A DNA stretch of 63,987 nucleotides, filler included, from Ionaspis alba (taxonomy: Eukaryota): assembly GCA_964255285.1 (NCBI GenBank). It is 5 parts of 5 records of this genome, joined end to end, with 100 filler letters (N's around TTAATTAATTAA, not from the genome) between each part and the next. Parts side by side here need not be neighbours in the genome. Positions count along the whole stretch, not along the records: positions 13,190 to 26,266 come from CAXUUL010000479.1; positions 26,367 to 39,437 come from CAXUUL010000480.1; 3 more parts are not named here. One strand, 5' to 3'. The translations under genes were made by a program, and so were the position numbers. Shown piece by piece: positions 25,391 through 36,537 of this stretch; positions within the stretch are counted from its first letter, which is position 1; the number at the start of each line of letters is the position of its first letter. The notes beneath the pieces are model-generated. The model searched no databases and was not told where the DNA came from. It worked only from the letters and a program-made list of their open reading frames with translations.

Positions 25391-26266
25391 TCAATGAGCC
25401 TCGACTGCCACACTCGCTGCAAGCTGCTCTTTGCCTCCTGCTCCGCCACCGTCAGTGATTTTCCCATCTGGAGGTGCTTGCTCCGTTTCTGCTTGCTTGC
25501 TTATTCTCTCCCTGTCCGCTTTGATCTCTCTCCAAAACTCCGGATACCACCTCTCTGCCACATCCATGTGGCTCTTACACCGATTGTACAGCGTGGCCTC
25601 CCCTAGATGACCCCACCTACCCTTTCTGAAGGTAAATTCCACTTCATCTTTCCTCGCCCCACCGGTCCTCTCAAGGAATGCCCTTTTCATCTCCCGTACG
25701 CTTTCCGGAACATCTACGCTCTCGAAAGTCGCATCGTAGCTCACTCCTTGGAAAAATGGAATACTATATCGCGCTCCTGCTCCCCGTCCCGGACTGAGCA
25801 CGCGATGCGTCGTACTGGCGCAAACGCCATGAGTGAGCGCTTCGAGTCCCTGACCGATTGCTACAACCAGTGTGCCGGGAAGAGGCGGGCAGTCGATCCA
25901 CTCGCCAGCGAGGTTCTGTGCTTGCAAGCCTCGATGGTGGGATGCTTGCAGGAGGTAGGATGTCAACATGCTGTCTTTGTGCGGGCCAACACCTTGGCTA
26001 TCGCCTGCTTCCTCCTTGGATACTCCTAACTCATCGAGATCAGGGTATTTGACGATTTTGAGCTTGTGTTGCTGGTCGGCGTCGAAGAAGCGGTCGAAGG
26101 CTGTAGGGGAAAGAAGGAGGGCTTCGGCTATGAGGGAAGTGAATTGTGTGGAAAGGGTGGACATGGCGGAAATGTAGGACTCGAAGGTAGGGCGGAATGA
26201 AGGGAGGAGGGCCGGTGATGGCCATTGATTTGGGGACAGGAGGTTGTGGTAGAGGGGGGATGTGGG
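25391..26266 (-). CDS. 2-oxoglutarate/Fe(II)-dependent dioxygenase (IPNS-like/DIOX family), 5' partial
   Basis: PNQWP, HxD (GVGPHKDS), distal His (THRV), RxS (RYSIPFF); frame open to the spacer at 26267. Confidence 0.9.
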   Translation of the reverse strand, partial: PTSPLYHNLLSPNQWPSPALLPSFRPTFESYISAMSTLSTQFTSLIAEALLLSPTAFDRFFDADQQHKLKIVKYPDLDELGVSKEEAGDSQGVGPHKDSMLTSYLLQASHHRGLQAQNLAGEWIDCPPLPGTLVVAIGQGLEALTHGVCASTTHRVLSPGRGAGARYSIPFFQGVSYDATFESVDVPESVREMKRAFLERTGGARKDEVEFTFRKGRWGHLGEATLYNRCKSHMDVAERWYPEFWREIKADRERISKQAETEQAPPDGKITDGGGAGGKEQLAASVAVEAH

Positions 26267-26366
26267 NNNNNNNNNNNNNNNNNNNNNNNNNNNNNNNNNN
26301 NNNNNNNNNNTTAATTAATTAANNNNNNNNNNNNNNNNNNNNNNNNNNNNNNNNNNNNNNNNNNNN
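26267..26366. other. artificial contig spacer N44-TTAATTAATTAA-N44
   Basis: Same 100-bp structure; truncates the oxygenase gene. Confidence 0.97.
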
Positions 26367-26850
26367 AAATAGACATGAGATACTCTACCCGTGCTTTGTT
26401 GATAAAGTTGTGTATATTGCTATTGCCGTCATTGCCAGGAAGCGTCGAGAGCTACCACTAAGTTTTATCATCCTTCTATGCCCTGTTTCCTTCCCATTGC
26501 GTACCTATTTCTATTCGAGTTACCGAGCAATCTTGAACCGAACCTCCGCTGCCAGAAGCCGCAGCTGCAGAGCGCTAAACACCTGTCGTCTTTCCAGCTT
26601 TTGTCCTTGTGTTCTTGCGGGAGGTAAATCTGGCTATCAAAGAGAAGGAGAACATAACATCGTCTCCGGTCTGGCAGAGCTTCAATATCCATTGGCCGTG
26701 TAAAGATATCACCTGCACTTTACTATCTGGAAGATGTTAGCGATGGTCTAAGTCAGACCCACCATAAGGACAAAGCGTGTAGAATAGGAGCACAGATTGG
26801 CTGCAGATGCCAGTAAGAGTGGGCCTCATATATGGTGACTGTGGCACACA

Positions 26851-28675
26851 ATGGCAGCTGTTGCATCCCAGCACGGGTCCCACAACAGACAGGAGTTGAG
26901 GAGCTCACCTGAAGATGTGCCATGGCCCTCAACAGGAAGAGAAGACGTTGAGGTGAGCTCTAGCTCTATAATTCTTTATCTGGCGCACTAGACCAGACCC
27001 GGAAAACCGGAATCGCTAGGAAAGGAGCACTGTTATGATTGTTTATTCTCGCAACCGCGTTATCTAAACCCTCAGCTTACGGGGCCTTTCATTATAGAAT
27101 ACCGCACAGTTTGCCTACGGTCACTATGATCCTCTAGACCTTGATCCCACGCAGCCTTCTCTCTACCATGATCATGATAGTTCAGCCAACTACATCAACG
27201 GTTCAACGATGAACAGACCTCGTAACGCCTCGATACCTTCTAAACACGTAATCTCGCAGCTTCCAGCAAAGGCAGCAAATACTGCAGAAACCTCGGACGG
27301 ATTTTCCGATCGCCTCGAGATCACACGACCAAAATACGGCGATATGAGCAGGATCGGTAGCGAAGCAGATAGCTTGTTGGATCTGTATCGTCAGCAGCGA
27401 AGTGGCCAGAACACTGCACATACCAGCGCCGTCGCTGTTACTGCTGTGAATGGTTCTTCTGAGGAGGACATGTGGGTGCACCGAGACAAGCTAGTTGCGA
27501 TAGAGCAGCGAGAGGCTCGAGAGAAAGGGATCAATTTGCCAGCCGATCATAGTCGCCTTCGAAAACGTGAATCTGATCATGATACCGAACAAACCCCCCA
27601 TCGTGTCCGAAGCGATCACTCATCGGTCAATGAAAAACGTCAAAAAGTTGACTCACCATCGTCCATTGAAGACGAGAAGTGGACGAATGAGGTGCATTCC
27701 TCGTGGGATCCGCGTACGCCTGAGGAGATTGCACAGGATCCCTATGAGGAAGGTATCCAATCACCTCGATACACTCATCATGGACTCCGGTCCAGCTCTT
27801 CTCGAATTCCACTTGCCACTTCAAGTCCTCTACCCATCGCACCGGAGCATCTCGCAAGGAATACTCCACTACCCCGCAAAAGGGATATGAGTGGGAATTG
27901 GGATGAGGATGGCCTTGTGTATAGCAAAATCAGAAGTCGCAGTCACAGTATGGGCAGCCAGGTACTGCTAGATGATGGCGAGCCGGTGAGCAGTGCACCA
28001 AATTCGCCAACACGGACATCCCCAATAAAGGCCAGAATACCCACCAAAACAAATCCGACATCAGGTCCCAAGAAGGCGTCGGTATCGTCACGTAACGGAT
28101 CAACCGCCTATAAACCACGTGTCTCGTCTAGCACTCCACGTGGCTCTCCTGCTCAACGACCAAGCACCCGATCAGGCTCTGACGGCCGTCCTACTACTGC
28201 AGTCAACAGGCCCCCTGGGGACGCTCCTTGGCTTGCCTCAATGTACAAACCAGATCCACGTCTACCGCCTGATCAGCAGATCTTGCCTACACATGCCAAA
28301 CGCCTACAGCAGGAACAGTGGGAGAGGGAGGGCAAACCGGGATCAACCTTCGATCGTGAATTTGCGCCGCTGGCTGTATATCCGAGTGAGGAGAATACTA
28401 TGCCTGTCGTACCCGACCTTCCCGCAGAAAATCCCGATGAGAAATTCTCCGGTGACGAGCATAGTACAACATGGCCGCTGAAGCCTCCTCCAACCGAAGT
28501 TTCCAAGCAGGCTAATGGTACTACCGAGCATGCCGGTTATAGCACGATACCAAAAGTTCAGACTACGCCTTCTATTGGGCCAATTCACAGCCCTAAACTA
28601 CCCCAGCCAATGCAAGTGCAACAGCCAGTCAAGCAAGAGAAGGAAAAGGGGTGCGGATGTTGTATAATTATGTGA
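26851..28675 (+). CDS. teaR: cell-end marker receptor TeaR (Mod5-like), prenylated; exons 26851-26952, 27098-28675
   Basis: Conserved PWLASMYKPDPRLPPDQQILPTHAKR block and C-terminal CaaX GCGCCIIM; upstream exon (ACA ATG GCA context) joins in phase 0 via a GTGAGC...TAG intron. Confidence 0.82.
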
Positions 28676-29242
28676 GGTCCGAGAGCCGAAAATTACTTGA
28701 GTGGGACTTTCTTCTAGGTCGGGATGTACTTTGAGCGGCTATGGCGTGGAATTGGGAAGTCTTTGTCGATACCTATGTTCTTGTCCCATAACCGAGCAGG
28801 TTGGATGTTTCTGAGGCGGCGAGTGCAACATATAGATGTGGCTTTGTCGCTATTCGAAGGCCGTGTGGCTTACTTGTTCTCACGAATGCTCATGACGGTT
28901 TGTGGGGTTAGTGCGTTGCTTTTGTATATAAGCCGATGGTATTGGCAGTGTTACGGTGAGCTGTAACACTGCGCGAGAGCATTCGATAAAACTTTCTAGA
29001 GGATTACAGATCTTTGAGCTAGCAATGATCCCTGTTTGAAATGTTTAGTCTAATCGGATCTGCTTGAAACTAGTGAAGTCGAAGAGTTGTGGATGACATA
29101 TGCTGGGACTATCCTAGCGAAGTGTAGATTTGAGGCAATACAAAGATATATATCCTACTATATGCCCGATGGCCATATGTCCTCAGCGCCGATGCTCCTC
29201 ATAATACCATAATAAGTTCCCTCTATATTAACCACCTCCACA

Positions 29243-30541
29243 ATGCCACTCCGTTTTCCTAGCTCTATTTTGAATCATTCGCGTTGTCTCCTCAAACCCT
29301 CACCATACATATCATCGAGCCGCCACCCAAGACACCTTTCGAGAGTCTACATACCTGTATCTCAACGTTCCCCTCTCAGCACCCGTGCTCGCCCCACATC
29401 CACCTCTTCCCACGCCGACGATGCCTCTCACAATCCGTTGGATCCGATCGCCGCACATCGCGTCGGATCGGAACGCCGTTCGTACTACACGCGCAGGAAC
29501 TATTTTGCAGCTACAGGGGCAGCATTGTGTATGATAGCTACCTTGGTTTTGGTATCTACGTATGAGCTGCCACCACAGCCAGAACGAAATGATGCTCCTC
29601 CTCGACCTTCTCAAGGGTCCATGTCGAAGCTCGAGCCTGACGAGACCATGGTTAAGAGTATGAGCGTTGGGGGAGCAGGAACAGGAGGAGTTATAGTGGT
29701 TGAGGGGTCAGACGACGAGGCGGTAGAACAAGTACCCACGGGGACATCTACAATTCCGTTCTTCCCAAAATCCATCACTCTTCCGTCTCAGAAGTCGTCC
29801 ACAACGTCAACCCTGCCCTCGGGAACTGGAGATGCGAACGAAACATACCAACTTATAGGTCTTGGCATACGGACGGTATCATTTCTCTCGATACAAGTAT
29901 ATGTGGTGGGACTCTACATTGCCACGTCGGACGTAGCCACGCTACAATCACGGATGGTCCACAAAGCCACTGGTGTGGAAGCGGCCAGCACGCTTGTTGC
30001 AGGTGAGAGAGAAGACCTACGTAAGATGTTGCTGGACCCAGAAGGCAGTGAACGGATATGGGACGAAGTCCTCAGGAAGGGCGGGCTGAGAACCGTGCTG
30101 CGAATCGTGCCCACCCGCAAGACAGACTTTGGCCATTTACGGGACGGCTTTGTGAGGAGCATTACTTCGAGATCACAGGGCAGACGGCGAGGAGAAGGGA
30201 GCCAAGAGTCCTACGAAGATGAAGGTTTCGGGAAAGCGGTAGGAGACTTCAAAGCTGTATTTAGTGGTGGAGGAATGAGGGGCTCGGGAGTGAGCAAGGG
30301 AAAGGTCCTGTTGCTTGTCAGGGAGAGCAATGGGAACTTGGCGGCTTGGGTTGAGGGAGACAAGAAGGGCATGTTTGCCAGAATGGGAGATGTGAGAGAT
30401 GAAAGAATTAGTAGGCTGGTTTGGCTAGGTTATCTAGCAGGGAAAGAAGTAGCTAGTGATGACGCGAGGAAGAGTATTGTCGAAGGTGTGATGGAATTTG
30501 TTGAAAGGCCTATTGGGACCGTGGAAACACAGGTGGTGTAG
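29243..30541 (+). CDS. mitochondrial chalcone-isomerase-like protein (Aim18/Aim46 family), intronless
   Basis: Presequence, one TM segment, YQLIGLGIRTVSFLSIQVYVVGLY, RIVPTRKTDFGHLRDGFVRSI, WLGYLAGKEVASDDARKSI. Confidence 0.88.
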   Translation: MPLRFPSSILNHSRCLLKPSPYISSSRHPRHLSRVYIPVSQRSPLSTRARPTSTSSHADDASHNPLDPIAAHRVGSERRSYYTRRNYFAATGAALCMIATLVLVSTYELPPQPERNDAPPRPSQGSMSKLEPDETMVKSMSVGGAGTGGVIVVEGSDDEAVEQVPTGTSTIPFFPKSITLPSQKSSTTSTLPSGTGDANETYQLIGLGIRTVSFLSIQVYVVGLYIATSDVATLQSRMVHKATGVEAASTLVAGEREDLRKMLLDPEGSERIWDEVLRKGGLRTVLRIVPTRKTDFGHLRDGFVRSITSRSQGRRRGEGSQESYEDEGFGKAVGDFKAVFSGGGMRGSGVSKGKVLLLVRESNGNLAAWVEGDKKGMFARMGDVRDERISRLVWLGYLAGKEVASDDARKSIVEGVMEFVERPIGTVETQVV

Positions 30542-30706
30542 TCGCAAGGATATCATCGATCACACTGCTCCAGTACACATGCCCGATTTGCTCGTCAAGG
30601 TCATCTCTGCATAGCAGTACTATTCAATTCCTCATTCCTCATCTACCTGGCCCGTCATCTATTCGACCATGACCCCCCAAATGCCTAATGAAATCATACA
30701 GCCAGT

Positions 30707-31136
30707 CTAGACAGCTCCGGCTTCTTTCAGCAACTCGGGCAGCTGGGACTTCTTGGCCTGTAGATCTGAGTTTCCACCAATGTGCTGCTGCTTGATGAAA
30801 ACGTTCGGGACCGATCGTTGTTGAGTCATATCCTCGAGTGCATCCTGAATGGCAGCTCCGTCGTCTATGAACAGATTCCATATCAGCTTCTGCATCAAGC
30901 CAACCTTTAAAGATAGGTCACTACTGACCAACTTGATCTAATTCGATGAGATAGAATTTGGCACCCATCTCGCTCAAAAGTGCTTTAGTGGCTTTGCAGT
31001 AAGGGCAATATGACTTGCTGAAGACAGCTATAAAACATTAAATTAGCAAACGACACCAGAGAGCACATAGGATTGGAAACATACCGACGGCATTATTGTC
31101 GATGATGCCTTGAGCTTTGGTCTTTGCGGCGTCCAT
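30707..31136 (-). CDS. GRX1: dithiol glutaredoxin (CPYC); exons 31136-31085, 31027-30929, 30864-30707
   Basis: Spliced MDAAKTKAQGIIDNNAVAVFSKSYCPYCKATKALL...RSVPNVFIKQQHIGGNSDL; two canonical introns. Confidence 0.93.
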
Positions 31137-32038
31137 TGCGACGGATGTGATTGTCGGACCGGAAAAGAAGAATCGGCGTAGGAAAGAAATGGTGGGCAAC
31201 GTCTTGTAAGGTCAAGGGAGTAATCAAAGTATGGAAGAGCTGAACCTCGATGATTTTAGCTCGTTAGGACTATGCGCAGACGGGTTTCTTATAAACAATT
31301 TTGGGATGTCAAACCGCTATTGTCGTTACTCAAATCGCCTCCTCGGTTGCAAACAAATGGTGGTAGAGATGACATCATCCGCTGCCGAACAGCGGCTGAT
31401 ATTTGACATTCAGCAAATGATATGTAATTATTAGCTACCTAGACAAATGTAAAAAGCTCATCATTTGGGACGCCTTCTAATAATGTTGGCCTTCTCATCT
31501 TGAGCTTGTGCAGCTGCGACGCATTTCCTGGCTTGTTCGAACCACAATTTGTGCACTTTCTCCTGCCTTGATGGACGGGAAGGTCCAGGCAGATAACTGT
31601 GACCCAAGCCGGTTTCGTGTGCCTGTATCGGACACTCTCAGACTGACAAACAAAGCAATCCCGGTAGTAGGACCCAAGCATTAGGAAAGTGGACGATGTG
31701 CAAATTACGGTGCAACCTCAATGTCAGCGGAGCTATCTGAAATCATTGTCCGATGATAATAGGGTGTGTTCCTCATGGCCACTTATATCTATCAAATACT
31801 TTGTCAATATTGTACCAAAGTCGCATTATGCTCTTGGGCGTACTGTTGACAAGGCTCATATAGAGTTGTTGTTACTTACGGAGTAAATACCTACTGCATT
31901 ACCCGATCTTCTTGGAAGGATCGATTATGGCGTTACGTATGACTCACGCCATGATGAATCGCACCTGCCCGAGCATGCTGTGTACCTCTTCCCTCGTCTC
32001 TTGAAACAAGGGGACCCTTTCTACAGAGAGATAACATC

Positions 32039-33404
32039 ATGGCTGCAAAGCTGCAGCGGACTCGGTTTGTCTGCATTTCAGATACACACAACGCGTCGCC
32101 CGTGAATGGCGCTTTCAAGCTACCAAAAGGGGACGTACTGGTCCATGCGGGAGATTTGACTAACCAGGGAACCCTATCAGAACTTCGGAGAGCTGTAGAA
32201 TGGATCGAGGGAGCGGATTTTAAGGCGAAAGTTGTAATTGCAGGTATTGTAGTTGGATGCTTCACACACGAAACAAAGCAAATTGACATCCTCAAGGAAA
32301 CCATGATATCACTCTCGATGAAGAATTCTACTCTCAACAAGGCTCGTACTTCCACAATCAATTTCCTCAAAGTTCAGAGGATTGTACCCGCCTGCTTCGA
32401 GATTCCCAGTCCATCACCTACCTGAACCATGAATCCGCAACAATACATCTCGACCAAGGTACGGAATCAGAAACGACCTTCCGAGTATTTGGATCACCGT
32501 ACTCCCCAGCACACGGTCGCTGGGCTTTCGGCTATTCCGGTGAAGAGGCACAAAAGCTATGGGATCAGGTACCCCTAGACAGTGACATCGTCGTCACCCA
32601 TACGCCTCCCAAGTACCACTGTGACGAGTCCAGAGACAGGGGCGCAGCAGGATGTGAAGTCCTACGGCAAACACTGTGGCGAGTGAGGCCGCGACTTCTA
32701 ATCTGTGGCCATGTGCACGAAGGCAGAGGTTTGGAACGCGTGCGATGGGATCTCATGGCGCCGAATATAAAGTACAAAGAGGAGAGTACGTCATACTGGG
32801 TGGATCCGAGCCAGGGCAAGAAGCAGGGGGTCGCTGATCTTAGCAGCATGGGAGGCGAGCCTCTCGATAATGATGGTGGCGGTGGCAAGGATGCCCTAGA
32901 GGTTTGTCCAGAGCCTGTTGCGTCTGAAGACAGGACTAGTAGAGACGAGAGCCCGAGGCGGAGATCAAAGNNNNNNNNNNNNNNNNNNNNNNNNNNNNNN
33001 NNNNNNNNNNNNNNNNNNNNNNNNNNNNNNNNNNNNNNNNNNNNNNNNNNNNNNNNNNNNNNNNNNNNNNTGCCTCATCTCGAGGTCCTGAATCGGTGGT
33101 AGCCTCGACAGTTTGCTCCACAGGTGTCGGATACGATGACAGGAACTTATCTGTAGTCCCTGCAGGTCCTTCAGCTAACTTTTCTGAACTGCCTTCTGCT
33201 ACACGAGGTCAGGGCGGTATGCCTCCTTCTGGACGTTGCGACTTGGAGGCTCTTTCACAGAGGATGGGGAGGAAAGAAACATGCATTATCAACGCTGCTG
33301 TCATGGCGTCCAGTTGGCCTCACAAAGGCGTCAATGGCAGGAAATACAATAAACCAATTGTAGTAGACATTGACCTGCCAATTGGTAGCAATAATGAACA
33401 TTAG
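32039..33404 (+). CDS. calcineurin-like metallophosphoesterase (MPPED/239FB-like); intron 32244-32296; interrupted by a scaffold gap
   Basis: ISDTH, HAGDLT, AGNHD (across the intron), VTHTPP, CGHVHEGRG, IINAA...NKPIVVDIDLP. Confidence 0.88.
32971..33070. other. 100-N scaffold gap inside the metallophosphoesterase CDS
   Basis: N-run without TTAA core; flanks do not overlap; frames either side imply the true gap length is not 100. Confidence 0.9.
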
Positions 33405-33686
33405 GAGAGGCATAAGGCAGTTTTGTTCTGGCGATCGTTGCCTCGATTTGCCTAGTTTAGATGCCTCGGAAACACGTGTTCCTCGATGACGGGTGGTTTT
33501 CGGTACCCAGCTTCGCTCTGATAACCTGACAGGTGCATGCAGACACCGCTAAGGGGTGCTGAGGCCAGAAGAGCATGATCGTCAGTGCCTAACCGTATCA
33601 TCCTTCTGCATCTGGAGCACGCATATAGTTCTCCACAAGCAGGCACATTTCAGGCGTTTTGTTCATCCAATTTCTCACAATCCTCC

Positions 33687-34440
33687 TCATACCGTTCTCC
33701 GATCAGTCATGACCCGGATGATACTCCCTGCTCCAGCAATCTCTACCAGCTTTTCATGCCAACTCAATAGCACACTCATCGCCTGACCGCCTCCTTCTCC
33801 GCCGCCTCTGGAATGTATTTGGGAGAAGCCTGGTGGCTGTGATGCTGGTGTACGTACAGAGCTCGGAGACGGATGCGAACTGGTCGACATTCCTTTGTAT
33901 CTGTATTCACCACTTAGCTCGGCTAATGCAAATGTGCATGCAGTAAGTTTGGTATATGAAAACCTTACAGATATTTCATCAGAACATCCAATGTCTCTGT
34001 TCCGCCCTCAGAACTGTATATCCGTGACAATATCGGCGACATTTCGCTTTGTTTGATAGACTGCAAGATTTCGATCACCGTTGCCAGATGAATCTCCTAC
34101 GTTGATGCTACTCATTAGCATGATCACTCTCTTGATAACGTCCTGCGAAACCAATATGCCAATATACCCACAAACCCATCGTATCCTCCACTCACGCCTT
34201 GGATATGTTTCTCACCTTTGCCCCACTGTCCCCTCCATATGGTACATTATCTAGCGCTCCTCTCAACGCCATTTCTGCATCTCCACCTCTGAGCAACTGT
34301 TTTATCTGCCCGGCGAGATTCTGCACATCAGATGCCGATATAGGTGGTATTGAGGGTGTAAGGGTTGTGATATCGAAATTAGTGGAGGATTCAGGGTCGA
34401 GTGCATCAATATTGATGGTACGCCAATTCATGGTTGCCAT
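33687..34440 (-). CDS. ARC15: Arp2/3 complex subunit 5 (ARPC5); exons 34440-34216, 34096-33969, 33900-33687
   Basis: NWRTINIDALDPE, ALRGALDNVPYG, LDVLMKYLYKGM, SVLLSWHEKLVEIAGAGSIIRVMTDRRTV. Confidence 0.93.
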
Positions 34441-36537
34441 TGTGCTGGAAGCTGTGTGGTGGTTGAGAAATGGGTATGATGCAGTAGCACGGTGTTGAAA
34501 CAATGCTGGAAACTGTGGGATTTTCGTGGAAACAATGGTGCGAATGGCGATGGAGAGTGTGACGCGTTTCCCGTACTGCACTGCGGATCATGCCGAGGTC
34601 GCTTACTAAGCTTTGAAGCACTTTAGTTGGCTTCTTCAACGTGATTCTACACCTGCCGAAAAAGGACTGGTATTCGTGGTGAAGAGGCTGTTTGGAACCA
34701 ACGTCGTATGTCGAGAAATGATTGGAGCTGTGTTTCCTCTGTAACCGCCGACGAAACAATAATGCCTTACCCCGCCGTTCATCCACTCCTCCAAGTGATC
34801 CCATGCATATAGCTGCCTGGGGATATGACCATTTAGCCAGCAGACAACCCGCGCACATGCGTGTCGAGGAAGTCCACACATCGCTCGGCGATAAAGCGCG
34901 AGAGTCCGCCTTCTCTTGGGCTCTTTGCACCAGCAGAATCGTTCCTCACCCCACCCATTGCCACCGGGCTACCAATCATGAAGAAGTCCAGCAGCTTAGC
35001 ATGCATATCCTCTCACCTCCGGTCTGCCACGCCAACACGGGCCGGAAGGCTGCGCGCATGGGCATTCCAGAGTTCGGAAGTCAGTGGAGCTAGTTAGCAG
35101 GTCAAGAATCGGAATCAGACCTGGTTGGCCGCACAAGAAAGACTGGACCAATAACACCTAGGAATGGGGGGCAGTCAAATGCCTCATCACGCTTGATAAT
35201 GGTAATGGTGATGAAGCGTGCAGCATGCTGGGATGGTGTACGACTGGCGAGTGGGATGGGTGAAGAGCCTGAGTCTGCCACGCATATGCTACTTGTGGCA
35301 GAGGCTGTTTGGATTATGGAAACCTGTCTTACTGGAAGATTAGACGTAGAATAGATCGCACTCTTATTCTCGCTCAGCACTGCCTTCTTGTACCCCTCTT
35401 CCGCCCTTCTATGCCTAGACTGCAAAAGTAGTACAGAGCCTGCAGACAAGAAGGACTACAAGGCTGGGTCTTGCGCAGCATCATCCTTTCGTAAGCCTTA
35501 CCATCAGGGCGAGCTGGAATCCTCTCCCCAAGGTTGAACGAGTGCCGGTACATTTTTCAATACAGTGACTGCGATTCTATTTCCATATCTTCACTTCGTT
35601 AATGCCGTTGGCTTTCTTCAGAAAAACCTCTCACCCCTTGGATCCGGAGCAAAGAGAGAGGCCTGAGGAATAGCCGCGTTTCATGAGTGTCGCAACAAAG
35701 TCCCATTCAACCAGTAACCAGCCTCGAGGACCTGGACCATTGGAAGCGACCTTTGGCTGACTGCTGACGTCTTGCGGACCGCGTTGGATCCGAGTTCAAT
35801 CGTCAGAAGGCATAAGTTGAGCGAGAAGAAGAGAAGGAAGAAGTTGTTGAAAGTTGAGAGATTTGAGAGTTTGGCTAGGACGCCAGAGTTCAACTTCCCC
35901 GGGCAATCTCAACCACCAGAGTACTGTACCTCTCTCACCGCCTCCCACAGTCAACCGCAACCACAACAACAACAATCATTCTCTTTGCACTCTTTTGCCA
36001 GCAATCCATTTTCTACTTTATCACGCATCAACAAATCTATCCGATCCTTTCGCACAGTGACAGATTGCCACATCCATCGCTAAGCTCCGACGGGAACTTG
36101 TCGCCACCCTTCGTTAATCTGCATGCAGTCAGTGGCGTTGTCGAGCCACGAGGAAAAACCACGCAACCGAGGCCATCCGTCTGGAAGGTACTGCTGCTTG
36201 CAACTTGGAGCCTACTTACCTCCGTGCCTTGGTCCGTTATAACGATCACGGTGACTTTGCTTTCACACGCATCTGACGGGTTTGCTTCCTTCTGTGTCAT
36301 CTTGCCGAGGACAGCAAAGCTCACCTCGTTTCTTCACCTTCTCCGTCTGAGAGCCCCATCCACGATTACACGTGTCACTGCCAGCCATCATACACCGAGG
36401 CCTCGGATGCTCACGCTCTCTACTTGTCTAAAATCACTGCATCGATATTCACATATCAGATGTGTTTACCTCCTGGAAAGGACTGAGATTTAGCTTTCAG
36501 TCGTCCTTGCACTTTGGAGTAACGTTGGCCACAGATC

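Noticed and set aside
23580..26266. Acyl-CoA dehydrogenase plus 2OG oxygenase as a biosynthetic cluster
   Set aside because: The dehydrogenase is the housekeeping mitochondrial type, no backbone enzyme is present, and the contig ends at 26266
35772..36493. ORFs and a short CAA run upstream of the DnaJ gene
   Set aside because: Non-ATG starts, no motifs; consistent with a long 5' UTR/promoter
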